A stretch of DNA of 64,000 bases, taken from an uncultured Verrucomicrobiae bacterium. Lineage in GTDB: Bacteria > Verrucomicrobiota > Verrucomicrobiia > Chthoniobacterales > UBA10450. The DNA is taken from the NCBI GenBank assembly GCA_963801815.1, contig CAWDGJ010000006.1, positions 64,001-128,000 of the forward strand, written 5' to 3'. The position numbers were made by a program, and so were the translations under genes. This document shows, piece by piece, positions 40,550 through 52,034 of the stretch; within the stretch, counting starts at the first letter, position 1; each line of letters opens with the position of its first letter. The notes beneath the pieces were generated by a model. The model was given only the letters and a program-made list of their open reading frames with translations, had not been told where the DNA came from and did no database searches.

Positions 40550-40640
40550 GTTGCTAGCGGCGATTACGCACCCTGCTAGAGCGCCAATAGGTACCCGCTT
40601 CTAGGTTGCCGCACAGCGGCATGGCTGAGGTCAATCGCCC

Positions 40641-41635
40641 CTACCTGGACTTACTCAGTAGCTTCATCATCGTTTCCGGATAACGCGAGCCGGAGAAAGC
40701 GTCCCGCGGCGCGACTTCGTCGATTCGTTCGAGATCTTGTTTGGTGAGAGCGACATCGAGCGCGCCGACGTTCTCCTGTAAATATTTTCGGCGTTTTGTT
40801 CCGGGGATTGGCACGATGTCCGGGCCCTGGGCGAGGACCCAGGCCAGCGCGAGCTGGGCCGGTGTGCATCGCTTTTCGCGCGCAATTTCTTCGACCCGCT
40901 TCACGATCTCGAGGTTGCGCTGAAAATTTTCGCCCTGAAAGCGCGGCGTGGTTCGCCGGTAATCGTCTTGAGGGATATCCTCCGGTTTTTGAATCTTGCC
41001 GGTCAGGAAACCGCGGCCCAGCGGACTGTAAGGCACGAAACCAATGCCAAGTTCGCGACACGTTGGTAGAATTTCCGGTTCGGGATCGCGCGTCCAAAGC
41101 GAATACTCCGATTGCAAAGCCGTGATCGGATGAACGGCGTGCGCGCGTCGAATTGCATCGGCGCTTGCTTCAGACAGTCCGAGAAATCGCACTTTGCCCT
41201 GTCGCACCAGTTCGGCCATCGCACCGATTGTCTCTTCGATCGGCGTGTCCGGATCGACGCGATGCTGGTAATAGAGATCGATGCACTCGATCCCGAGGCG
41301 GCGCAGACTTCCTTCACATGATTGCTTCACGTAATCGGGTTTGCCGCTGATGCCGCGGAACTCCGCCTTCTCCGGATCGCGCAGGATTCCGAACTTGGTC
41401 GCAATGACAACCCGTTCGCGGTGGCCCTTGAGCGCGCGGCCAACGAATTCTTCGTTGGTGTGTGGCCCGTAAACGTCGGCCGTGTCGAAGAAAGTGATTC
41501 CGAGTTCGAGCGCGCGATGAATCGTTGCCAGCGATTCCTCGTCGTTGCGATCGCCGTAGAAATCGGACATGCCCATGCAACCGAGGCCGATTGCTGAGAC
41601 ACAGGACCGCCTCGACCGAGCTTACGTTGTTTCAT
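40641..41635 (-). CDS. Aldo/keto reductase (frameshift near 41595)
   Basis: [30 protein letters not shown]. Confidence 0.9.
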
Positions 41636-41668
41636 AGGACGACTTTAGGAAAGGTCTCAGAAGTCTCC

Positions 41669-41718
41669 AAATCCCAAATCCCAAATCCCAAATCCCAAAT
41701 CCCAAATCCCAAATCCCA
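41669..41718 (+). repeat. Heptamer tandem repeat (AAATCCC)n with degenerate continuation
   Basis: About 7 perfect AAATCCC units. Confidence 0.9.
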
Positions 41719-41985
41719 AGCAGGCTCCAAAGCTTCAAACCTTAAACGAAGCTCCAAATCTTAAATCTGGAAAACAAAACCCAAGATCTAAAACCCGAAT
41801 CCCAAACAAGGTTCAAAGCTGCAAACATCAAATGAATTTTTAAATCTTGGACCACATGTTCTCGATGATTCCGAATTCACCCTTTCGTTTGGTTTTTGCA
41901 GGTTTCCGTTTCCGATTTTTGATATTCCTTGGGTTTTGGAATTTGGAACTTGGGATTTCCGACGGCCGACTCCCGTCGGCGTCGG

Positions 41986-42887
41986 TTATATTTGTCCAAT
42001 CCAGGTCCGGGGCGCGCATTCTTCCCACCGCTCGCGGATCGCCTCGAATTCCGTCTTCGTTCAACGGACCCGCTTCAAGTAATCGCGCGTTTTCTCGCCA
42101 GCGGGCCGGCTTTTTTGTGCCAACGATTGCTGTGTGAACGCCCGGCACGCTCAACGTGAACCGTAACGCGGTCGAAATGCTCTTGTTCATGTCCCCGCGC
42201 AGAAAATTGTAATTCAGTTTCCGTAATCGTTCCCAATATTCGTGGTGATAGGAATCGATCGGGCGGTGACCGGTTTTCCAGGCAGCGTTGGCGATTGGTC
42301 GCTTGGCGATCACGCCCATCTGTTTCTCGCGGGCCAGCGGCAAGGTGAGATCGATCGCTTCCTGATCGGCGATGTTGATGGAAGATTGGAGCGTGTCGAA
42401 TGCGCCGCATTCCACCGCAAAATGCGCGGCGTGACTGTCGCCGCTGTAACCGATGTAACGAGTGTAGCCTTTGTCGCGAGCGGTTTGGAGCGCGTCGATG
42501 ACTTCACCCTTGCGTCAATTCTGCTTCCGAGCAGCTGTGTAATTGCAACAAATCGAGCCTATCGGTCTTCAATCGCTTCAAACTGCGCTCAGCGCTTTCC
42601 AGAATGGAACCCTTCGACCAGTTCGCGCCGCTTTCCATTCCATGCGGATGACCGCATTTGGTGAAAAGGTAAAAATCTTTGCGTCGATTACTGACCGCCT
42701 GGCCGATCAATTCCTCGCTGTTGTAATAACATTCGGCGGTATCGATCACATTCAGACCGGCATCGAGTGCGCTGTTCAACAACTCAGCAACGGTTTCCGC
42801 CGATGCACGCTCGTAACCAATCTCGGAGCCGCCGAAGCCGAGAACGGAAACTTCCATGTCGGTTTTACCAAGGCGCCGTTTTTCCAT
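41986..42887 (-). CDS. Aldo/keto reductase (frameshifts near 42510 and 42050)
   Basis: [31 protein letters not shown]. Confidence 0.85.
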
Positions 42888-42971
42888 CTTCTTTGACGCT
42901 TTGTTGTAGGGGCGTTTGTGTCAAACGCCCAATTAAATAAACAGGCGCTTGGCACAAGCGCCTCTACAACT

Positions 42972-43971
42972 TCAAAAAATCAGGCGCGTTTTCCCGCTGC
43001 CACGTTCGATTCGGCCGATCCTTTTCGCGCGCAAAATCGAAATTGCCCATTTCGCGTCGCGTTCGGCGACGATTACGACCATGCCGATGCCCATGTTGAA
43101 CACCTGAAACATTTCGGCGCGATCGATCTTTCCGTTCTGCTGCAGTACCTGGAAGATGCGCGGGAACACGCCACGATTTCGTTTCGATTCTGGCGTCGCA
43201 ATTTTTCGGCAGGACACGCGGCAAGTTGTCGATCAAACCGCCGCCAGTGATGTGGGCAAGACCCTTGATCATTCCGCCGGGTGCTTTCGCGAGCAGCGGC
43301 TGATAATTTTTGTGCACGCGCAACAGTTCTTTCCCGATCTTACGCGGACTCAATCGCATCTTTTCGAACAGAATTTTTCGCGCGAGCGAATAGCCGTTGG
43401 TGTGCAGGCCATTCGAGGGAAGGCCGAGAATTACGTCGCCGGGTTTGATTCTGCGGCCGTCGATCATCTTCGAACGATCGACCACGCCGACGATGCAACC
43501 GGCGAGATCGTATTCGCCTTTGCGATACATTCCTGGCATTTGCGCGGTTTCGCCGCCGATCAACGCGCATTTCGCCGCGCGGCAGGCGCTTGAGAATCCG
43601 CGAAGCAGTTGGTCGAACACGCGCGGCTCGAGTTTTTCGCAACCGATGTAATCGAGAAAAAACAGCGGCCGCGCGCCGAGAACGGCGATGTCGTTGACGC
43701 AATGATTCACCAGATCTGCGCCGACGGTGTCGTGTTTGTTCAGCGCGAACGCGATTTTCAATTTCGTGCCGACGCCGTCGATGCTTGCGACCAGGACCGG
43801 ATCACGCATTCCGGGGAAATTTGCGCGAAACAAACCGCCGAACCCGCCGATCTTGCCGAGCACTTGCGGCCCGTGCGTTCGTTTGACGAGCGACTGGATG
43901 CGGCGCTTGAGCCGATTGCCGAGATCGACATCGACGCCGGCGCGGGCGTAAGCTTTTTTCCGTTTTGTCAT
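42972..43971 (-). CDS. purM: Phosphoribosylformylglycinamidine cyclo-ligase (frameshift near 43160)
   Basis: YARAGVD, DGVGTKL, GGETAQMP, SNGLHTNGYSL, HITGGG, FNMGIG. Confidence 0.95.
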
Positions 43972-44042
43972 TTGCTGTAGGGCGAAGCTGTCAGCTTCCC
44001 GATCGGGAAGGTCAGATCGCCTTCTCTCCTTGACATTCGTTT

Positions 44043-45543
44043 TCATTTCAGATCCGCGAACAACGATCGGATGGCGCTCCTGCTCGACGAGCGCTTTGGC
44101 GCGGTGCTTCGCGTTTTTCCATGATGAACTTGTCGAGCGCGGGATCGACCGGGAGCGGATAATCGCCGGTGAAACAGGCGAGACAGAATTCGATTCATCG
44201 GCCGGCCGGTCGCGCGCACCATTCCTTCCACGCTGAGATAGCCGAGGCTGTCGACGCCCAGATATTTCCGGATTTCTTCCATCGACATCTGGTTCGCGAT
44301 CAACTTTTGCGGATCGGGAAAATCGATGCCGTAATGACAGGCGAACCGGTGCGGCGGACAACTCACGCGCATGTGCACTTCTTTCGCGCCGGCTTCGCGC
44401 AGATTCACTACTCGCGCGCGCGCGGTCGTGCCGCGCACGATCGAATCATCGACGACGACGACGCGCTTTCCTGCGACCATCTCCTTGATCAAATTCAGTT
44501 TCACTCGCACGTCGAAATCGCGGATGAGCTGGCTTGGCTGCAAAAACGTTCGACCGATGTAGTGATTGCGGACAAAGGCATGCTCGAACGGAATCTTGAG
44601 TTCCTCGGCGAAGCCGAGCGCGGCGTAGTTGCCCGAGTCCGGCACCGGCACGACGATGTCGGCTTCGACGGGAAATTGGCGCGCCAGCTCGCGACCCATT
44701 TCGGTCCGGACTTTGCCGACGGTTACGCCGCCGATTTTGCTGTCCGGCCGCGCGAAATAAACATATTCGAACATGCAAAACGCCGGCTGCTGCGGTTGGA
44801 ACGGAAACTCCGAGCGAATCCCGTGTTCATCGATGATCAGAACTTCGCCCGGCTGCACGTCGCGGACGAATTCGGCGTGAATGAGGTCGAAGCGCGCAGG
44901 TTTCCGAAGCGAGAATGTAAGCGCCGTCGAGTTTGCCGAGCGAGAGCGGGCGCCAGCCGAACGGATCGCGCACCGCGATCAGCTCGCGCTCGGTCATGAT
45001 CAAGAGCGAAAAGGCGCCCTGGATTCGCCGCAACGGCGCCAGCGCGCTGCTGCCGTTGTCCATGCGGTTGCGCGAGCAGATGCAAAATGATTTCGCGTGT
45101 CGGCGGTGGTTTGAAAAATCGAACCTTTGCGCTCGAGTTCGTCGCGCAGGACATCGGCATTGATCAGGTTGCCGTTATGCGCGATTGCCATTTGGCCGCG
45201 CACGCAATCGACCACCAACGGTTGCGCGTTCTTGATCGTGCTGGTGCCGGTGGTCGAATAGCGGGTGTGTCCGATCGCCCGCCTGCCCTTCAGTTGCTCC
45301 AGCTCGGCTTGACCGAACACCTGCGAGACCAGTCCCATCCCTTTGTGAATCAGAAACGATGTGCCCGGCCCGTTGCTGGTGACGATGCCCGCGCTTTCCT
45401 GACCGCGATGTTGGAGCGCGAACAGTCCGTAGTAGGTCAGCACCGCCGCGTTTGGATGGCCGAAACACGCCGAACAGACCGCACTCGTGCTGCGGGTAAA
45501 TCTCTCTCTCTTGGAGATAGGCGTCTTGTTCTGGAGAAATCAC
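44043..45543 (-). CDS. purF: Amidophosphoribosyltransferase (several frameshifts)
   Basis: [51 protein letters not shown]. Confidence 0.93.
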
Positions 45544-45662
45544 ACGAAAACTTCCATGAAATGACGGCCGAATCAACCGGCCGTCGTCCCGGGCCCTTCG
45601 ATTTTGCTCAGGACAGGCTCCGCTCAGCGGGGTCGATGGGTCTTGCTTTGCGGACATTCGGA

Positions 45663-46475
45663 TTACGCTTTCATCGCCTGCCACACAATTGCCCGCATGG
45701 TGCTTTCTAGCGGCTCCGCGCCGAAGCGCCCAGAAAGCTTTTTTGCCACTGCATCGATCAGCCGGTTGGGATCGACCCCGCGCTCGGCGGCTTCGGTGCC
45801 CACGGGATTTCCGCGCACGAGTCCGTTCGCGAATTCTTTGGCCGAATTCACCCGACAGGATTTCGTTTCCTCGAACGACTCGACCTTGTCGAAGCCGGCA
45901 TTTTGCAAAAGTTCGCGGATCACTTTGGAATCGTGAAGGCTGAACGGGATTTCGTAAAACCTTGGCGGATCGTGATCGAAGAACGACGCGATTGTGGTGT
46001 GGGTAATTTGTGCAAACGGATTCGCGTCGAACGAGTCCCAAACATTGAATAAAAACGTGCCGCCGGATTTTAAAACGCGATGGGCTTCGCGCATCGCGGC
46101 CGCTTTATCTGGAACGAACATGTAACCGAACTGGCAGACGACCGCGCCGAATGAATCATCCGGAAACGGCAGGGCCGATGCGTCGGCTTGCTGCCAGCGA
46201 ACATTTTCGCCGGTCCGGAATTTCCGCCGGGCAAATTCGAACATGTCGGGATTCAAATCGGTCGCGACAATCTCCACTTCCGCGGGCAACGCGTCGCGAA
46301 ATCGGCGCGTTACAATTCCAGTGCCGCAGGCAATTTCGAGAACGCGGTAGGGTTTCCTGGTATTCAGCCGTGAAGCCAGATCCTCGGCGTAGGGTTCGAA
46401 GATAACCGGTCCGAGGTAGCGATCGTAATTTTCCGGGATGTCTCCCGCGAACACGACATTGCGATCCCGCTCCAT
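45663..46475 (-). CDS. Class I SAM-dependent methyltransferase
   Basis: VLEIACGTG, ADASALPF. Confidence 0.9.
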   Translation of the reverse strand: MERDRNVVFAGDIPENYDRYLGPVIFEPYAEDLASRLNTRKPYRVLEIACGTGIVTRRFRDALPAEVEIVATDLNPDMFEFARRKFRTGENVRWQQADASALPFPDDSFGAVVCQFGYMFVPDKAAAMREAHRVLKSGGTFLFNVWDSFDANPFAQITHTTIASFFDHDPPRFYEIPFSLHDSKVIRELLQNAGFDKVESFEETKSCRVNSAKEFANGLVRGNPVGTEAAERGVDPNRLIDAVAKKLSGRFGAEPLESTMRAIVWQAMKA

Positions 46476-48836
46476 TTACAAACTCGGAATACCTTCCGCG
46501 CAGGAGTCGCTTTCGACGAGGCGGCGGATCGAGTTCCACCAATCGTCGTAAAGATCGGCAATCGGCCATGCAAATTTTTGTTCCCCGACTTCGATGCGCA
46601 GTTGGTCGCCGCCGACTTCACCGAGTCGCTGAAACGGAACGCCCGCGTTTTCCAACATCGAGATCGCCTTTTCGAAATTGTCCGGTGCCACCGAAATCAC
46701 GATTCGTGACTGCGATTCGTTGAAGAATGTTGTAGCCACGTCGCTATGCGACGTTTGTTCAGGACGGCCCACAGGGCCGTGGCTACACTCGATGTCAGCC
46801 CCGAGCGGGCCGGCGGGATTGAAACACGATTCCGCGATCGCCACCGCGAGTCCTCCTTCGCTGCAATCGTGTGCGCTCTTTGTGAAACCAGCGCGAATCA
46901 GGTCGCGCACCGCGGTTTGGACCTTAATTTCGTGATCAAGATCGACGCGCGGCGACGGGCCGAGTTTCTTGCCGTGGCAAACTTTTAGAAACCGCGAGCC
47001 CCCGAGTTCGTCGCCGATTTTGCCGACAAGAATGATTTCGTCGCCGGCATTTTTGAACCATTGCGTCGTGATGTGCGCTTCTTTCTGGATCAGTCCAACC
47101 ATGCCGATGGTCGGGGTAGGGTCGACCACGCCGGCGGGGCTCTCATTATATAGAGAGACGTTTCCCCCGGTCACCGGTGTCTCGAACGCCCGACAGGCCT
47201 CGGCCGCGCCTTCGACCGCTTCGCGCAGCTGCCAGAAGTTTTCCGGCTTGTAGGGATTGCCGAAGTTCAGGTTGTCGGTCACAGCGAGTGGTATTGCGCC
47301 GGAACAGATGAGATTTCGCGCCGCTTCCGCGACTGCGATCTTCGCGCCTTCGCGCGGATCCAGCGCGCAGTAGAGCGAATTGCAATCGCTCGTCGCCGCC
47401 AAAATCTTGTTGGCGTATTTCACGTGAAACACAGCGGCGTCGGAGCCCGGCTTCACCACAGTGCCGGTGCGAACGGTGTGATCGTACTGCCGATAAACCC
47501 AGTTCTTCGACGCGATGTTCGGATCACGGAGAAGTTGTCGCATCGCTTCCTGATTGTCGATCTTCGGCAACGTTACCGGATCGACAATGTCTCGACGTGA
47601 AGGTGGTTCGACTTCGCGCGAATAGAGTGGCGCTTCGTCCGCCAGCGGTTTCGCCGGAATTTCCGCGGCCACGCTCCCATTGTTGCGCACGCGCATCATG
47701 CCGTCATCGGTCACGCGACCGATCTCCGCCCATGGCACGTCCCATTTGTCGAAAATTTCGCGAACGATTTTTTCTTTTCCGCGCTTGGCGATGATCAACA
47801 TCCGCTCCTGCGATTCGCTGAGCAGAATCTCGTACGGCGTCATGCCCGGTTCGCGTTTCGGAACTTTCGCGAGATCGATTTCGATTCCGCTGCCGCCACG
47901 GCTCGCCGTTTCACAGGTTGAGCAGGTCAGACCGGCCGCGCCCATGTCTTGAATTCCGGCAACTGCGTCGCTGGCCAGGAGTTCGAGGCACGCTTCGAGC
48001 AAAAGCTTTTCCTTGAACGGATCGCCTACTTGGACCGCGGGCCGATCTTCCTTCGATTCCTCGGTCAGCTCTCGCGACGCGAATGCCGCGCCGGCGAGAC
48101 CGTCGCGACCGGTTTCCGCGCCGACGTAGAAAACGGGATTGCCCACTCCGCGGGCAGCGCCGCGTGCGAGTTGATCGTGTCGCAGCACCCCGAGACAGAA
48201 AACATTCACCAGAGGATTGCCCTCAAAACTTTCATCGAAATAGATTTCGCCACCGATCGTCGGAATGCCGATGCAGTTTCCGTAATGGGCGATGCCCGAA
48301 ACGACGCCCGCGAAAAGGCGCCTGTTGGCGGCGATTTGTTTTTGTCGATCTTCTGTGGCGGCAGGCGTCTCGCCTGCGCAGCCGGGACGGCTGCCTCCAC
48401 AGTCTTCTGCTATCAGTCCAAACCGTAGCGAGTTGAGACAAAACTCGGGGCGCGCGCCCATTGTGAAAATGTCGCGAATGATTCCGCCGACTCCGGTCGC
48501 CGCCCCTTGGAAGGGTTCGATCGCGCTCGGGTGATTGTGGCTTTCCATCTTGAACGCGATCGCCCAGCCATCACCAATATCGACCACGCCGGCGTTTTCC
48601 TCGCCGGCTTTCACCAGAATGTTCGGCCCGGTAGTTGGAAATTTTTTCAGCTCCAGCCGTGAATTTTTGTAGGAGCAATGCTCACTCCACATCACCGAGA
48701 AAATTCCCAACTCAGTGAAATTCGGCTCCCGGCCCAGGATTTTCTTGATCCGCTCGAATTCTTCCGGCGTCAGGCCGTGTTTCGCCACCAGCTCCGGGGT
48801 TATTTTAGGATCGGTGGTCGGTGTGGCCTTGGTCAT
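46476..48836 (-). CDS. purL: Phosphoribosylformylglycinamidine synthase subunit PurL
   Basis: [39 protein letters not shown]. Confidence 0.97.
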   Translation of the reverse strand: MTKATPTTDPKITPELVAKHGLTPEEFERIKKILGREPNFTELGIFSVMWSEHCSYKNSRLELKKFPTTGPNILVKAGEENAGVVDIGDGWAIAFKMESHNHPSAIEPFQGAATGVGGIIRDIFTMGARPEFCLNSLRFGLIAEDCGGSRPGCAGETPAATEDRQKQIAANRRLFAGVVSGIAHYGNCIGIPTIGGEIYFDESFEGNPLVNVFCLGVLRHDQLARGAARGVGNPVFYVGAETGRDGLAGAAFASRELTEESKEDRPAVQVGDPFKEKLLLEACLELLASDAVAGIQDMGAAGLTCSTCETASRGGSGIEIDLAKVPKREPGMTPYEILLSESQERMLIIAKRGKEKIVREIFDKWDVPWAEIGRVTDDGMMRVRNNGSVAAEIPAKPLADEAPLYSREVEPPSRRDIVDPVTLPKIDNQEAMRQLLRDPNIASKNWVYRQYDHTVRTGTVVKPGSDAAVFHVKYANKILAATSDCNSLYCALDPREGAKIAVAEAARNLICSGAIPLAVTDNLNFGNPYKPENFWQLREAVEGAAEACRAFETPVTGGNVSLYNESPAGVVDPTPTIGMVGLIQKEAHITTQWFKNAGDEIILVGKIGDELGGSRFLKVCHGKKLGPSPRVDLDHEIKVQTAVRDLIRAGFTKSAHDCSEGGLAVAIAESCFNPAGPLGADIECSHGPVGRPEQTSHSDVATTFFNESQSRIVISVAPDNFEKAISMLENAGVPFQRLGEVGGDQLRIEVGEQKFAWPIADLYDDWWNSIRRLVESDSCAEGIPSL

Positions 48837-49009
48837 CGACCCCGCACGTTAACTGAACGGGCGTGCCGCACAACTGGTTCACTCTTCCTTTTCCGCTTCG
48901 TCTTCGTCTGCTTTCGAGAACGAGACGAAGATTAAGACGACAGAGGTAGAGGAAGATTTAATCGAATACCGTGCCGCGGATCGAAGTCTAATTATATAAA
49001 GAGAAGGGA

Positions 49010-49204
49010 GTGAATATGAAACGCTATCTTGCAATTTTAGTCACGAGTGCCGTCGTGACATTGTTCTGCGTTCCGAATGTCGCCGCGTTTCCAGGCGAGC
49101 GAATGCCTTACCGCGCGGCGCATTTCGCCGGCAGAGTCGTTCAGAAAGTCGACAACCACGTGATTCATCCGGTGACGCACGGAATCGCGCGTCGTCTACG
49201 ATAA
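49010..49204 (+). CDS. Small secreted hypothetical protein
   Basis: GGGAG RBS, signal-peptide-like N-terminus. Confidence 0.55.
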   Translation: MNMKRYLAILVTSAVVTLFCVPNVAAFPGERMPYRAAHFAGRVVQKVDNHVIHPVTHGIARRLR

Positions 49205-49319
49205 ATCCTTAGGACCACTCGCTGTCGATACGGCTGGTTAACTGCCAGTCCGGCATCGGACTCGAATAATTTCCGCGCAACATCGGTCGAAGAAACGATA
49301 AACAAGACGGAGGGAATAC

Positions 49320-49676
49320 ATGAAAAAAGTAATTATTGGATTGGTTTGCGCCTTGGTGGCGCCGCTAGCGTTCGCTCAGACGGGCATCACCGACAAGCGG
49401 ACAACGACAACAACGACGGAGGTACCGGCAACAACGACGACAACCAGTACGACATACACGACTGGCGCTGTTACAACGTATGAGCCGGGTAAAACGATCG
49501 TAGTCAGGGACGAGCACGAAGGACCAGTTTCATTCGCGCTTCATGCGCCCGTGCGAATCGTTGATCACGCCGGACACGCGATCAGCCGAGCGCTGACGCC
49601 GAAGGATCACGTCCGGGTCTATTACACCGGCACCGGTGAAACCCGGGTGGTTGATCACGTCGAAGTGGAAGATTGA
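49320..49676 (+). CDS. Secreted Thr-rich hypothetical protein
   Basis: GGAGGG RBS, signal peptide ending AFA. Confidence 0.75.
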   Translation: MKKVIIGLVCALVAPLAFAQTGITDKRTTTTTTEVPATTTTTSTTYTTGAVTTYEPGKTIVVRDEHEGPVSFALHAPVRIVDHAGHAISRALTPKDHVRVYYTGTGETRVVDHVEVED

Positions 49677-49728
49677 TGTGGGAGGGATTTAGCGTCCCGA
49701 TCGCGGCACTGAGGCCGCTCCCACTTTC

Positions 49729-49768
49729 AAAGAGCCGCGGAATCCAGGTATTCCGCGGCTCTTTTGTT
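49729..49768 (+). terminator. Rho-independent terminator
   Basis: AAAGAGCCGCGGAAT...ATTCCGCGGCTCTTTT hairpin plus T tract. Confidence 0.65.
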
Positions 49769-49798
49769 TGATGAAACGCGTCCTCCGAATGCGCTCGC

Positions 49799-50488
49799 GT
49801 AGGTGGATCGAGCGCTCCGCCGCTCGATGTTAAAAAAATGTCGGCGTAGCCGAGTAACATTAACATCGCCCGCGGAGCGGCCGATCCACCTTGCCGCGCG
49901 CTGATGATTACTTCACAGTCGTTGCAGTGCTGTATCGCGGGTTCCCCTCTAAGCTTTACCACGAAGTGCCCAGTTGGGTGGACGATGGGGCACTGTTCCA
50001 TATTCGGATCGCGCTTGATCGAAATCTTGAGCAAGAACAGCTAACTGAACCGGCGGTTGGAAAACCAATTCTCGAGTCGGCGATATTCTATCACCGAAAC
50101 GAGCGATGGTTTATTACGCTATTCCTGTTAATGCCAGATCACTTGCACGCGCTCCTGTCATTCAGCAAGGATCGAGACATGAGCCGATCGGCGATTGGAA
50201 ACATTTTCAAACGCATGAGAACGGAGTGCAGTGGCAGGAAGGATATTTCGATCATCGGCTGCGCGACGACGAAAGAGGCGAGCAGTTTTCCATGAAGATG
50301 GACTACATTCGTGCTAATCCCGTTGCAGCCGGTTTATGTGCTAATTCCGAAGACTGGCCGTGGGTAATCGAGTCGCTTGCGTAGGTGGATCGAGCGCTCC
50401 GCCGCTCGATGGTGAAAATGTCGGCGTAGCCGAGTAACATTAACATCGCCCGCGGAGGTGCGAGCCGCACTGGCAGTTCCGATCCACC
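49799..50488 (+). mobile_element. REP-associated tyrosine (Y1/HUH) transposase gene (~49927..50384, frameshifted) flanked by two ~92 bp palindromic direct repeats
   Basis: LMPDHLHALL (HUH), WQEGYFDHRLR, MDYIRANPVAAGL..WPW; repeats at 49799-49890 and 50381-50488. Confidence 0.85.
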
Positions 50489-50528
50489 AGTTGCGCGGCA
50501 ACTATAAATCGCGGACATTTTGCGCCTC

Positions 50529-51946
50529 ATGGGCTTCGATTTGAAAGAGATCATCGCCGCGCGTTTGGGCGAGAATTACCAGCTGCACGAGAAGCACTTG
50601 AATCGCACTCTGGTGCAGGCGCAGCGCGTCATCGGTTTCGACAAGGTCTACGCCCGCGCCGAGGGCGCTTATCTCTACGACATGGATAACACGCCGTATC
50701 TCGATTTCCTGAGCGGCTATAGCGTCTTCAACATTGGTCGCAATCATCCGCTGGTAAAGAAAGCGATTCGTGACGTTCTCGATCTCGATTTGCCGAACAT
50801 GGTGCAGATGGATTGCTCGCTGCTGAGCGGTTTGCTTGCCGAAGCGATTACCAAACGCACGCCGCCGCATCTCGACGCGGTTTTCTTTTGTAACTCCGGC
50901 ACCGAAGCGATGGAAGGCGCGATCAAGTTTGCCCGCGCCGCGACCGGACGGAAACGGATGATCTCATTGGCCAGCGCGTTCCACGGTTTGAGCGTCGGAT
51001 CGCTCTCGTTGATGGGCTGCGAAAGTTTCACCGAAGGCTTCGGACCGTTGATGGAAGGATTCGATGCCCGCGTGCCGCTCGACGATGTCGATGAACTGGA
51101 ACGGCAACTGCGTTCGCGCGATGTCGCGGCGTTTGTGATCGAAACCGTTCAAGGCAAGGGCTGCCAGACGACGCAAGACCGATTTCTTTCCGCGCGCTCA
51201 GGAGCTTTGCCGGAAATACGGCACGCTGTTGATTTCCGATGAAGTCCAGACCGGACTCGGGCGCACCGGAAAAATGTTCGGGTTCCAGCATTGGAATCTT
51301 GGAACCGGACATCATCACCCTCGCGAAAACATTGAGCGGCGGTTACGTCCCGTGCGGCGCGATCGTTACCCGGCGCGACATTTACCAGAAGACATTTTCG
51401 CGGATGGATCGATGCGTTGTTCATTCGACGACGTTCGGCCGCAACAATCTGGCGATGGCCTGCGGTTTAGCTTCGCTGGAAGTGATCGACAACGAAAACT
51501 TGGTCGAGCGTTCGGCGAAAATGGGCGCGTTGTTGATGGAGAAAGTCGAAGCGCTGAAGTCGAAGCATTCGTTCATCAAAGAGGTTCGCGGCAAAGGCTT
51601 GATGATCGGGATCGAGTTTCATGAGCCGAGCGAGTTCAAACTGAAGATGGCCTGGAAACTTTTGCACAAGATCGACAAGGTGCTGTTCGCGCAAATGATC
51701 GTGACCCAGATGTTGAGCAAGCATCGCATTCTGACGCAGGTCGCGGGTCACGCGATGGACGTGATGAAAATTCTGCCGCCGTTGATCATCGGTGAGAAAG
51801 AAGTCGACATGTTCGTCAACGCGCTCGATGACGTTTTATCAGAATGCCGCAAATTCCCCGGCCCGATGTGGGAGCTCGGCAACAACTTCGTCCGCGCCGC
51901 TCTCGGCTCTCGCAAATCCGCCGAGCCCAAGCCCGTCTCGGCGTAA
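50529..51946 (+). CDS. Class III aminotransferase (HpnO-like), frameshifted
   Basis: YLDFLSGYSVFNIGRNHP, NSGTEA, DEVQTGLGRTG, AKTLSGG. Confidence 0.85.
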
Positions 51947-51962
51947 AATTTATGGAAATCCC

Positions 51963-52031
51963 CCCGAACCGGATTAGGTCCAAAATTCACGCCTTTAAAG
52001 GCGCAATTTTTGGATCTACTTCTCGTTAGAC
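51963..52031 (+). other. Atypical attC/attI-like border site
   Basis: Hairpin TAGGTCCAAAATT..GCCTTTAAAGGC..AATTTTTGGATCTA ending in TTCTC-GTTAGAC like the other sites. Confidence 0.5.
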
Positions 52032-52034
52032 CTC

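Noticed and set aside
2600..51320. Frameshifts in lepA, purF, purM, the HAD phosphatase, aldo/keto reductases, the aminotransferase and others as pseudogenes or programmed frameshifting
   Set aside because: They are numerous single-base indels scattered through otherwise intact, often essential genes without consistent slippery sites. This is most simply explained by long-read consensus errors.
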